Shown in pieces: positions 49,982-61,324 of a stretch of 64,000 nucleotides of DNA; positions within the stretch are counted from its first letter, which is position 1, and every line of letters begins with the position of its first letter. The notes under the pieces are model-generated. The model made no database searches, had not been told where the DNA came from, and saw nothing but the letters and a program-made list of their open reading frames with translations. The position numbers and the translations under genes were made by a program. This stretch comes from Piromyces finnis finn. Lineage: Eukaryota; Fungi; Neocallimastigomycota. The stretch covers positions 186,001 to 250,000 of the forward strand of contig MCFH01000038.1 of assembly GCA_002104945.1 (NCBI GenBank), given 5' to 3'.

Positions 49982-52519
49982 TTTCATATTTAATTAAACA
50001 CTTAATAAATAGTAAAAATAATAAATAAAAATAAAAGAGAAACAAGTCATTTTTTGGTTAATAAATTCACTTGAAAACCCTTTTTTTTTAAGCAAACACA
50101 ATAATTTAATAAAAATACTAAAGAATTATAAATGATTATTAAATATATATTGGCTAATTGTTTATTTATAAAGTTTTATTAAATATTTTTAAAATTTTTT
50201 ACATATATTTTACAAATCTATTATATTCGAAAGACTTTTTAAGAATTTTTTAAAAATATTTTAATAGTAAAAATTATTTAAAGATTATTTTTATAAAAAA
50301 AATTAAAAAAATTTTTTTGAACATATATTTTACTAAGCTTATTGTTTTATTTTATAATATTTGAAAGTTTATTTCTTTTCATCTAATACCAACGCCATTG
50401 ATTGTTATTGTTTCCTTGATCCCATGGATTACCACCTTGGTTCCATTGGTTGTTGTTGTTGTTCCATTGGTTATTATTATTCCATTGATTATTGTTATTT
50501 CCTTGGTCCCATTGATTCCATTGATTGTTGTTGTTGTTGTTGTTCCATTGGTTGTTATTATTCCATTGATTGTTGTTACCTTGGTCCCATGGGTTACCTC
50601 CTTGATTACCTCCTTGGTTCCATTGATTGTTGTTACCTTGGTTCCATTGATTTTGACCTCCAAAGTTAGCTCCTTGATTATCATTAGATTGTGGTGGGGC
50701 TTGTTGAGTTGGGGCTCCTCCTGCATTACCTCCTGCATTACCTCCATTACCTTGACCAATGTAAACTTTAGCATATGGGAAATCTGCGGTACCACTAGTA
50801 CCTGCTCCATTACTACCTGCTTCTCCTAAAACTTTAGCTTCATGCATTTTACCCATAGTCATACCAAGCTTTTCCCATTGAGCAAAGTGAGCTGAAATAT
50901 CAATTGTACCACAATCACGTGGGGTTTGACGAATACTAAAGTATTGTTTGAATTGAGTATCACCATCAATAGATGGTCCAAAACGAGTGTTTTCAAAAAC
51001 TGTGTATTGAGCACCATCAATGGTGAAATCACCATGTTTCTTATTACCAACCCAATCACCTGGACGATATTGACTAAGCCAGTTATCAACAATGTAGAAT
51101 TCTACAAGTGGATTTCTGGTCCAACCGTAGATACCAACATAGGAATAATCGACATTGGCAATGTTTTGCTTGACAAGTTTGAAGTCAGCATACATGTGAC
51201 CAATTTGAGAATGAGATTGAGTACTGTCGAAGGAAAGACCGGAACGACATAAATAATCCTTAGCATTAGAGAAAGAACAAGAGAAAGAACCATCAGAATA
51301 GAAAGTAGCACTGTTATTACCACTATCAGCCCACATTTCATAACCAACACCACCAATGGAACCAACCTTATTTCCGGTTTCCTTAACACTTTGACCAGAG
51401 TGAGAAGCACTGCTACAGAAACTTTGAGCTAAAGCAGAAGTAGCAAAAGATAAAGCAACTGGAATGAATTGACTGAATTTCATTTTTATTATTTTATTAA
51501 TTTTTTTTTTTTTCACAAATAATTAAAATTAAATTTTAAATAAATTATAATAATAATTTACAATGAAGTAATATAATACAAAAAATAGTTATTTTATAAT
51601 TTATAACAATTTATAATGATTTATAATGCTTTATTTTATATACAATAATATTTATAATATTATAATATTATAATATGAATAAAAATATTATGATAATGAT
51701 GATAATAATTTAAAGAAAACCTTTCTCTATTTATAATAAAATTTTTATATTAATGGAGACACCATTCGTTAAAAGATATAAGATATTCAAGAATATTAAA
51801 AAAAATATTCATCAATAATAATTTAGAAAATATTAAAATAAAATATGGAGACAAATGAAGATTTATTAATTTTTAATCAATTTAAGCATTACGAATGGTT
51901 TTTAATGGTTTTTTTTCATTTTTTTTTTATTTTTGAAACTGAAACTTAATATAAATATTTAAAAGAAAATAAAACTTTAAAAAATAAAAGAATAGATTTT
52001 ATGGTAATTTTATTTTATATTTCTAATATAATAATAATAATATCTTTTTTTTTTTTTTAATTATTATTTTTTTTTTAATTAAATAAATGAATTTTATTTT
52101 TATTATTCTAATTTCTTATTTTTTATTTTATACAGCTACATCAATTGGTTATTATTTTTAATTATTATTAAATAGACATGCTTATTATACTTATTAAATT
52201 TAAATTATAATTCTAACACTTGTAAAAAAAAATAAAGAAAACATCTTTTCTAAATTTTAACGGTAGTTGTAAATATAATATAAATTAAAAAACTTTATTT
52301 ATAATATTTGTAATTCTTAAACTTCAATTATTAATTCTTGACCTTTTTTATGAAAATTTAAAAAATTATCATTATCTATATAAAAAATGTTTGATTATTA
52401 CTTTTATATAAAAGATAGTATAGCAATAATGCATTATGATATTGTAACTTCTTAGTATTATAACATTATTAGAAATTAAAAAAATAATATACTAATAATT
52501 ATACTAATAATTTATATTA
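49982..52519. repeat. Left arm of an about 2.5-kb inverted duplication
   Basis: Reverse complement of 53277 to about 55810. The outer 200 bp or so are more diverged. Confidence 0.9.
50383..51483 (-). CDS. GH11 xylanase copy 3 (366 aa, type II tail, ends WRWY)
   Basis: Same as the other copies. True ATG at 51483. Confidence 0.96.
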   Translation of the reverse strand: MKFSQFIPVALSFATSALAQSFCSSASHSGQSVKETGNKVGSIGGVGYEMWADSGNNSATFYSDGSFSCSFSNAKDYLCRSGLSFDSTQSHSQIGHMYADFKLVKQNIANVDYSYVGIYGWTRNPLVEFYIVDNWLSQYRPGDWVGNKKHGDFTIDGAQYTVFENTRFGPSIDGDTQFKQYFSIRQTPRDCGTIDISAHFAQWEKLGMTMGKMHEAKVLGEAGSNGAGTSGTADFPYAKVYIGQGNGGNAGGNAGGAPTQQAPPQSNDNQGANFGGQNQWNQGNNNQWNQGGNQGGNPWDQGNNNQWNNNNQWNNNNNNNQWNQWDQGNNNNQWNNNNQWNNNNNQWNQGGNPWDQGNNNNQWRWY

Positions 52520-53276
52520 AAGTTTTGTATAATATTACTATAAATCAAAATAAATATGTAAACTATTTTAGATATATTCTTTTTTTCTAATAATATAATA
52601 AATGATTATTAAATGTTTTTTTTTTTTTTTTAAATATATATATAACATATTGAACTTTACAATAAAATGAATATTAAAAAAAGTGTTTATAAACTTACTC
52701 AATAAATCTTATTAAATAAAGTTACATATTCTAATTCAAAATCCAAAAGATAATAGCATAAAAACGATAAAAAACGATAAAATGGCATTAAAAATATCAA
52801 AATATTCCGCATTCCATAAATAAAATATTTAATTAATTTTACCAATAAAAAAATAGGAATAAATTCATTAAAATATTTATTTTTAATGACAAACCAATAA
52901 AACACACTTTTTTTTAATGGAATATATTCACTAATAATTATAAATAAAAAAATAATTTAATAATATGTAATGTTACCTCAAATTATGAAAGGTTGAAAAC
53001 TTAAAAGAATTATTAGTTATATATTTATATTTATTTATTATAATTCTTACATTATTTTATACATAGCAATGCTTAAGCATTTCTGTAATAGACTTCTAAT
53101 TAGATTAAATTTTATTTTATCTTGGATTTAGAATTAAGTTATACAATCCTATTTATTAAGAATTATTGATTAATTCTATATTATTTTTATATACTTTTTA
53201 TTGTAAAGTTATACGTTATATTTTTATAAAAAAAAAAAAACAATCAAAAAGTATTACGGCTGTTAAATACTAATAA

Positions 53277-55810
53277 TAATATAAATTATTAGTATAATTA
53301 TTAGTATATTATTTTTTTAATTTCTAATAATGTTATAATACTAAGAAGTTACAATATCATAATGCATTATTGCTATACTATCTTTTATATAAAAGTAATA
53401 ATCAAACATTTTTTATATAGATAATGATAATTTTTTAAATTTTCATAAAAAAGGTCAAGAATTAATAATTGAAGTTTAAGAATTACAAATATTATAAATA
53501 AAGTTTTTTAATTTATATTATATTTACAACTACCGTTAAAATTTAGAAAAGATGTTTTCTTTATTTTTTTTTACAAGTGTTAGAATTATAATTTAAATTT
53601 AATAAGTATAATAAGCATGTCTATTTAATAATAATTAAAAATAATAACCAATTGATGTAGCTGTATAAAATAAAAAATAAGAAATTAGAATAATAAAAAT
53701 AAAATTCATTTATTTAATTAAAAAAAAAATAATAATTAAAAAAAAAAAAAGATATTATTATTATTATATTAGAAATATAAAATAAAATTACCATAAAATC
53801 TATTCTTTTATTTTTTAAAGTTTTATTTTCTTTTAAATATTTATATTAAGTTTCAGTTTCAAAAATAAAAAAAAAATGAAAAAAAACCATTAAAAACCAT
53901 TCGTAATGCTTAAATTGATTAAAAATTAATAAATCTTCATTTGTCTCCATATTTTATTTTAATATTTTCTAAATTATTATTGATGAATATTTTTTTTAAT
54001 ATTCTTGAATATCTTATATCTTTTAACGAATGGTGTCTCCATTAATATAAAAATTTTATTATAAATAGAGAAAGGTTTTCTTTAAATTATTATCATCATT
54101 ATCATAATATTTTTATTCATATTATAATATTATAATATTATAAATATTATTGTATATAAAATAAAGCATTATAAATCATTATAAATTGTTATAAATTATA
54201 AAATAACTATTTTTTGTATTATATTACTTCATTGTAAATTATTATTATAATTTATTTAAAATTTAATTTTAATTATTTGTGAAAAAAAAAAAAATTAATA
54301 AAATAATAAAAATGAAATTCAGTCAATTCATTCCAGTTGCTTTATCTTTTGCTACTTCTGCTTTAGCTCAAAGTTTCTGTAGCAGTGCTTCTCACTCTGG
54401 TCAAAGTGTTAAGGAAACCGGAAATAAGGTTGGTTCCATTGGTGGTGTTGGTTATGAAATGTGGGCTGATAGTGGTAATAACAGTGCTACTTTCTATTCT
54501 GATGGTTCTTTCTCTTGTTCTTTCTCTAATGCTAAGGATTATTTATGTCGTTCCGGTCTTTCCTTCGACAGTACTCAATCTCATTCTCAAATTGGTCACA
54601 TGTATGCTGACTTCAAACTTGTCAAGCAAAACATTGCCAATGTCGATTATTCCTATGTTGGTATCTACGGTTGGACCAGAAATCCACTTGTAGAATTCTA
54701 CATTGTTGATAACTGGCTTAGTCAATATCGTCCAGGTGATTGGGTTGGTAATAAGAAACATGGTGATTTCATCATTGATGGTGCTCAATACACAGTTTTT
54801 GAAAACACTCGTTTTGGACCATCTATTGATGGTGATACTCAATTCAAACAATACTTTAGTATTCGTCAAACCCCACGTGATTGTGGTACAATTGATATTT
54901 CAGCTCACTTTGCTCAATGGGAAAAGCTTGGTATGACTATGGGTAAAATGCATGAAGCTAAAGTTTTAGGAGAAGCAGGTAGTAATGGAGCAGGTACTAG
55001 TGGTACCGCAGATTTCCCATATGCTAAAGTTTACATTGGTCAAGGTAATGGAGGTAATGCAGGAGGTAATGCAGGAGGAGCCCCAACTCAACAAGCCCCA
55101 CCACAATCTAATGATAATCAAGGAGCTAACTTTGGAGGTCAAAATCAATGGAACCAAGGTAACAACAATCAATGGAACCAAGGAGGTAATCAAGGAGGTA
55201 ACCCATGGGACCAAGGTAACAACAATCAATGGAATAATAACAACCAATGGAACAACAACAACAACAACAATCAATGGAATCAATGGGACCAAGGAAATAA
55301 CAATAATCAATGGAATAATAATAACCAATGGAACAACAACAACAACCAATGGAACCAAGGTGGTAATCCATGGGATCAAGGAAACAATAACAATCAATGG
55401 CGTTGGTATTAGATGAAAAGAAATAAACTTTCAAATATTATAAAATAAAACAATAAGCTTAGTAAAATATATGTTCAAAAAAATTTTTTTAATTTTTTTT
55501 ATAAAAATAATCTTTAAATAATTTTTACTATTAAAATATTTTTAAAAAATTCTTAAAAAGTCTTTCGAATATAATAGATTTGTAAAATATATGTAAAAAA
55601 TTTTAAAAATATTTAATAAAACTTTATAAATAAATAATTAGCCAATATATATTTAATAATCATTTATAATTCTTTAGTATTTTTATTAAATTATTGTGTT
55701 TGCTTAAAAAAAATAGTTTTCAAGTGAATTTATTATTCAAAAAATGACTTGTTTCTCTTTTTTATTATTATTATTTTTCCTTTTTATTAAATGCTTAATT
55801 AAATATAAAA
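53277..55810. repeat. Right arm of the inverted duplication
   Basis: Reverse complement of about 49982-52519, separated by a 757-bp unique spacer. Confidence 0.9.
54312..55412 (+). CDS. GH11 xylanase copy 4 (366 aa, identical to copy 3 except one T to I change)
   Basis: HGDFIIDG versus HGDFTIDG (base 54772). True ATG at 54312. Confidence 0.96.
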   Translation: MKFSQFIPVALSFATSALAQSFCSSASHSGQSVKETGNKVGSIGGVGYEMWADSGNNSATFYSDGSFSCSFSNAKDYLCRSGLSFDSTQSHSQIGHMYADFKLVKQNIANVDYSYVGIYGWTRNPLVEFYIVDNWLSQYRPGDWVGNKKHGDFIIDGAQYTVFENTRFGPSIDGDTQFKQYFSIRQTPRDCGTIDISAHFAQWEKLGMTMGKMHEAKVLGEAGSNGAGTSGTADFPYAKVYIGQGNGGNAGGNAGGAPTQQAPPQSNDNQGANFGGQNQWNQGNNNQWNQGGNQGGNPWDQGNNNQWNNNNQWNNNNNNNQWNQWDQGNNNNQWNNNNQWNNNNNQWNQGGNPWDQGNNNNQWRWY

Positions 55811-56729
55811 AAAACCATTACATGCATTAGAAATATTCAGTCCATATTTTGATATAACTAAATTATCATATAGTTATGTTAATTTTTTTTTTTTTTGAAA
55901 TATATAAAATAATTGTTAATCGATATTGTTCATAATAAATACATGATTACTAAAATCTTATATACCCTAATTATTTTATATTCATATTTCTTGACATATC
56001 AGTACTATTAATCATTAGTACAATCTCCTAAAATGTTAAAATATTACTCCTATATGCACATTAGGAATTTAAGATTAAATAAAATTTTTTCTATAATCCT
56101 TTTAAACAACAAAAAAATTTCATTCAAATATTAAACTAAAAATCAAGATAAATTTATTAATAAATTTAGTAACTGGAAGATTAGTATTTGTATGTATATG
56201 TTTCTAGTATAATTATTTATTCATAAGAAAGTAATAAGTAAATTACTAAATTACTTTCTTATGAATAACGAGGATATTTAAAGGATACTCCTTTTAATAA
56301 TTAACCCGGATTTTTTTCCTTTACAACAAAAAACCAATTTGTTTAAAAATCAAAGGTAAAATAAAAGTTCAATAACCTAATCCATTCACAAATAAAAATT
56401 TTGACAATCTTTTAAATACTTTTTTAATATTTTCTTATACAAGGAAGATAATACACTTTTTCATGTATTTACTTATTTATTTTGTGATTTTACATTATAT
56501 TAGATAATAATACATAGGGTTATTTATAATAAACATATTGATATCATTGACATAATAAATAATATATAAAACTAATAAAATATATATAAATAAAAATAGA
56601 AATATAAAATAAAATATAACAGTTTCAATTAAGTTCAATGAACTTGAAATTTTTAATGTGTGGGATCGGTCCCTACCTAATAAATTAAATGAAATAAAAA
56701 TAAAAAAAAAGAAACATTAAGTATGATAG

Positions 56730-57520
56730 TATAGTATCCACTAGACTCTCCTATGAGTAATGTTTTCAATCAAAAAAATACTACCATTGAACTGTAGGGA
56801 ACATTTTCCTTTTACCATAGCAATAAGTCGCCGGCGCTCTTAATTACATTAGGTGTCTATTAAATCTATCAAAAAATAATTTTATATAGCTACTAATGAT
56901 AAAAATTGTTTTTGTTAAAAAAGTCTCAAAACCCTCTATGTATGGAACATGAGACTCCAACAAACTGTAAAGCTGTTCATTCAAATATTATTTTCCACCT
57001 TATCGATTTGTAATTCATCATAAACTAAAATCTCACCAAAAAAAAACGTTACAAATAGTTTTTCTTATTTCCATTTCAGTAAGTGATAAATTGATTCTTA
57101 TATTTATCATGAAAAGGGATAAAAAGATCATCAAGAAAACAAAGTGAGAAAGTTCTGTACTCAGATAATGCAAAACATTCTAGTATCCAACAATGAAAAT
57201 ATTATTCACCATATCCGCAATATGGACAGATACGAAGGGTCAGTCAGTAGTAAGTTTATTGCAAACAATAGCAACTTTGGTGGTAATGTTTACATAACCG
57301 CATCAAATACGAACAATCTAAGTAATTTCTAAATTCAATTGAAGTTTGCTTTGACCACTTATTTATTCCAAAAGACATTTCATTTAAATTCTCCCAATTA
57401 AGAACTAGATTAAGCATCTTTTGAAAATTCTTCTTGCTAGACACAATCAGAATGATGTTATCAGCAAAGAGGCCACCACAATTACATTTATTTCCTAAAT
57501 TAACACCAAGCCTTTCACAA
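56730..57520 (-). mobile_element. Degenerate non-LTR (LINE) retrotransposon fragment
   Basis: Minus strand reads CGGLFADNIILIVSSKKNFQKMLNLVLNWENLNEMSFGINK (RT FADD-type motif region), then RICPYCGYGE*YFHCWILEC (C-terminal zinc-knuckle-like), with stops and an apparent internal deletion. Confidence 0.72.
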
Positions 57521-58050
57521 CTAATTCTTTAATGTTATACTATTCCACGTTAAAAATAAAACGATAAGTCTTACTTATTTTTATATTATAAATAAGATTA
57601 ATTGGGGAATTGAATTTAAATGAATATTTTAAAAAAAAAAAAAAAAAAAAACTTTTCCATTTATTAATTTTACATTAAAAAGGATTATAAATGAAATATT
57701 TTATATTTTTATTATATTCTTTAATATTATACTTTATTTATATATATTATTATTATAATATTAAATTTTACATTGAAATTACTTTTTATAAAAAAAAATT
57801 ATATATTTATTTATCAAATTTTATAATACAAAATATATTTACTCTTATAAAATTGAATGTACATATTTCTTGTATTTATATATTAATTAATTAAAAAAAA
57901 AATTTTTTTATTTTATATAAAAGAAAATTAATATTTACTACTTAAAAATACTTTTTTTTTTGGATTGATAGCATATACAAAAAAAAAAAAATAAAGTGTA
58001 CGTTTTATAAAAAATATCAAGATACAAGATACATAATATCTTATTTAAAT

Positions 58051-59217
58051 TTACCACCAACGCCATGGGTTATTGTTATTGTTTCCTTGATCCCATGGAT
58101 TACCACCTTGGTTCCATTGGTTGTTGTTGTTGTTGTTCCATTGGTTATTATTATTCCATTGATTATTGTTGTTTCCTTGGTCCCATTGATTCCATTGATT
58201 GTTGTTGTTGTTGTTGTTGTTCCATTGGTTGTTATTATTCCATTGATTGTTGTTACCTTGGTCCCATGGGTTACCTCCTTGATTACCTCCTTGGTTCCAT
58301 TGATTGTTGTTACCTTGGTCCCATGGGTTACCTCCTTGATTACCTCCTTGGTTCCATTGATTGTTGTTACCTTGGTTCCATTGATTTTGACCTCCAAAGT
58401 TAGCTCCTTGATTATCATTAGATTGTGGTGGGGCTTGTTGAGTTGGGGCTCCTCCTGCATTACCTCCTGCATTACCTCCATTACCTTGACCAATGTAAAC
58501 TTTAGCATATGGGAAATCTGCGGTACCACTAGTACCTGCTCCATTACTACCTGCTTCTCCTAAAACTTTAGCTTCATGCATTTTACCCATAGTCATACCA
58601 AGCTTTTCCCATTGAGCAAAGTGAGCTGAAATATCAATTGTACCACAATCACGTGGGGTTTGACGAATACTAAAGTATTGTTTGAATTGAGTATCACCAT
58701 CAATAGATGGTCCAAAACGAGTGTTTTCAAAAACTGTGTATTGAGCACCATCAATGGTGAAATCACCATGTTTCTTATTACCAACCCAATCACCTGGACG
58801 ATATTGACTAAGCCAGTTATCAACAATGTAGAATTCTACAAGTGGATTTCTGGTCCAACCGTAGATACCAACATAGGAATAATCGACATTGGCAATGTTT
58901 TGCTTGACAAGTTTGAAGTCAGCATACATGTGACCAATTTGAGAATGAGATTGAGTACTGTCGAAGGAAAGACCGGAACGACATAAATAATCCTTAGCAT
59001 TAGAGAAAGAACAAGAGAAAGAACCATCAGAATAGAAAGTAGCACTGTTATTACCACTATCAGCCCACATTTCATAACCAACACCACCAATGGAACCAAC
59101 CTTATTTCCGGTTTCCTTAACACTTTGACCAGAGTGAGAAGCACTGCTACAGAAACTTTGAGCTAAAGCAGAAGTAGCAAAAGATAAAGCAACTGGAATG
59201 AATTGACTGAATTTCAT
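58051..59217 (-). CDS. GH11 xylanase copy 5 (388 aa, type II tail with two 19-aa units, ends WRWW)
   Basis: Same catalytic domain as the other copies. Confidence 0.96.
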   Translation of the reverse strand: MKFSQFIPVALSFATSALAQSFCSSASHSGQSVKETGNKVGSIGGVGYEMWADSGNNSATFYSDGSFSCSFSNAKDYLCRSGLSFDSTQSHSQIGHMYADFKLVKQNIANVDYSYVGIYGWTRNPLVEFYIVDNWLSQYRPGDWVGNKKHGDFTIDGAQYTVFENTRFGPSIDGDTQFKQYFSIRQTPRDCGTIDISAHFAQWEKLGMTMGKMHEAKVLGEAGSNGAGTSGTADFPYAKVYIGQGNGGNAGGNAGGAPTQQAPPQSNDNQGANFGGQNQWNQGNNNQWNQGGNQGGNPWDQGNNNQWNQGGNQGGNPWDQGNNNQWNNNNQWNNNNNNNNQWNQWDQGNNNNQWNNNNQWNNNNNNQWNQGGNPWDQGNNNNNPWRWW

Positions 59218-61324
59218 TTTTATTATTTTATTAATTTTTTTTTTTTCACAAATAATTAAAATAAAATTTTAAATAAATTATAATAATAATTTACAATGAA
59301 GTAATATAATACAAAAATCAATTATTTTATAATTTATATTTATAATATTTTATTTACACTAATATTATAATGAAAAAGATATAGAATAAATAAGCGAAAA
59401 AACAAAGACTATTTATATAAATTTCATTCTTTTTTAACAATCTTCATTTTATTTAAAAAATATATTAAAAAAAATTAATTTTTAATTTAATTTACCTATT
59501 ATAATTTTATTTATTAATAAAAATAAAATTAAAAAATTATACCCATAATTAAAAAACGTAATTGCTATTACACCATAAACCAAAAAAGCATATGAATTAA
59601 AATTTACATTTTTATATTTATTAATTAGTTAAATAAATGGTGGTAAAAACAAAATAAATAATATAAATAATTATATGGTAAATAGCACCAATAAAATCTT
59701 ATACTCTCTTTAAATAATAAAGAAAAGAAAAAAATATGTTAAATGATACCATTTAATATTGCATCATTCAAAAAAAAGTTATTGTGGATATTCAATTTAA
59801 AATATAAAAATTTATCTTGTCTATACTTGATCTTTTTAACCATAAAGTTTTTTTTTTTTTCAATAAAATCTTTTTAAAAAAAAAAAAAGTCATATTATTA
59901 TTACAAAGTATAATTAAGTATTCTTTATTATTTATTGTTTATTAAGTATTTTTACTAAGTATTATTATTATGAATGCTTTATAAAAAAAAAAAAATAATT
60001 CTTATGTGTGAAATTTTTAATTTGATAGTTTACTAATAATATTTAATTTTACTTATTAAAAAAAGTCAACAAAATGCATCGTATTATTATAAAATTTTAG
60101 TATTGGTGGTAGCTGTCATCCAAATCAATAAACGACAAAGAACCTATTCACCATATATTAAATTGAAACATGAAACATTTTTAAAATGTTTTAATTTAAA
60201 GATTTTCCATTTTTAGTCATTTTAAGTATTAAATATCAAAAATTAATTTAATTTTTAATACATAACCCATTTTTAATATTAATATTTAATCTATTTATTT
60301 AATTTATTTTTGATATTTATATTAAATTATGATCATAAAAACTAATTTATAAACGGCAAGTTATTAAGATTATATTTATTACAGTTTATAATTCTTTAGA
60401 TTTTAATAGGCATCACATTTTTTTTTATAATATTATTTTTTAATATAAAATAAAATTAAAAAAGTTTCTATAATTTATGGGAGAAAGTGAAAGATATTCA
60501 TTTTTTAATTTAATAAAGATATTTTACTTTATTAAACGATATAAAAGATAATCGATATAGGTTATGGTTTTTGTATATTGCAATAAACACTCAAACAATA
60601 TTAATTGTAATAATAGAACAATATTATATGTATTTATTTTTTATATTTTTTATTATTACCATTATAATATTATTCAAAAAAGAAAAAGGTTTTATTTTTA
60701 TTAGTATAGATTGTATTTTGTTATCCTGTAATAACTTTAATATTTTAATTGTCTTATTCAAATGTTATTTTATATAAATAATTATTATCTTTTATTATTA
60801 ATATTCCAAATAACAATTTTATGTCTACAATTAATATTATAACTATAAATATTCAATATTTGTAAAAATAATACTACAATAATGGTAATTTATTCTTATG
60901 AAGATTCTATTTTGTAATTCTAGTGATTCCAAGTGTTTATCTACAAATTATTAATCATTGATATTAAATTATTTATATGTTCCCTCCATATTCATAAACA
61001 AAAAGAAAAATAAAATGTATTATATTACACCACAAATTTAATATTACAAAATAATGTCTTATAACTTTATACATACATATACTATAAATCTGTTTTTTAA
61101 ATTTTTTTTAAATACATGATCTTTATTAAATAAAATTATATCAATACTAAAAAAAAATTAATGATTTAACATCTATCTAAATTTCTATATTATATAATGA
61201 AAATTTTGAAAATAAAAAATATATGAAATTACGAAAAAAAAAAAAAAATACATTTATATTTTAAATGTTATGTTAGAATTAATAAGGTTATTAATTCTTC
61301 TTTTTAGGTAGGTTTTTGCAATAT

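Noticed and set aside
57144-57444. Tracked 62-aa ORFs as standalone genes
   Set aside because: The minus ORF is part of the LINE RT remnant and the plus ORF is its antisense shadow.
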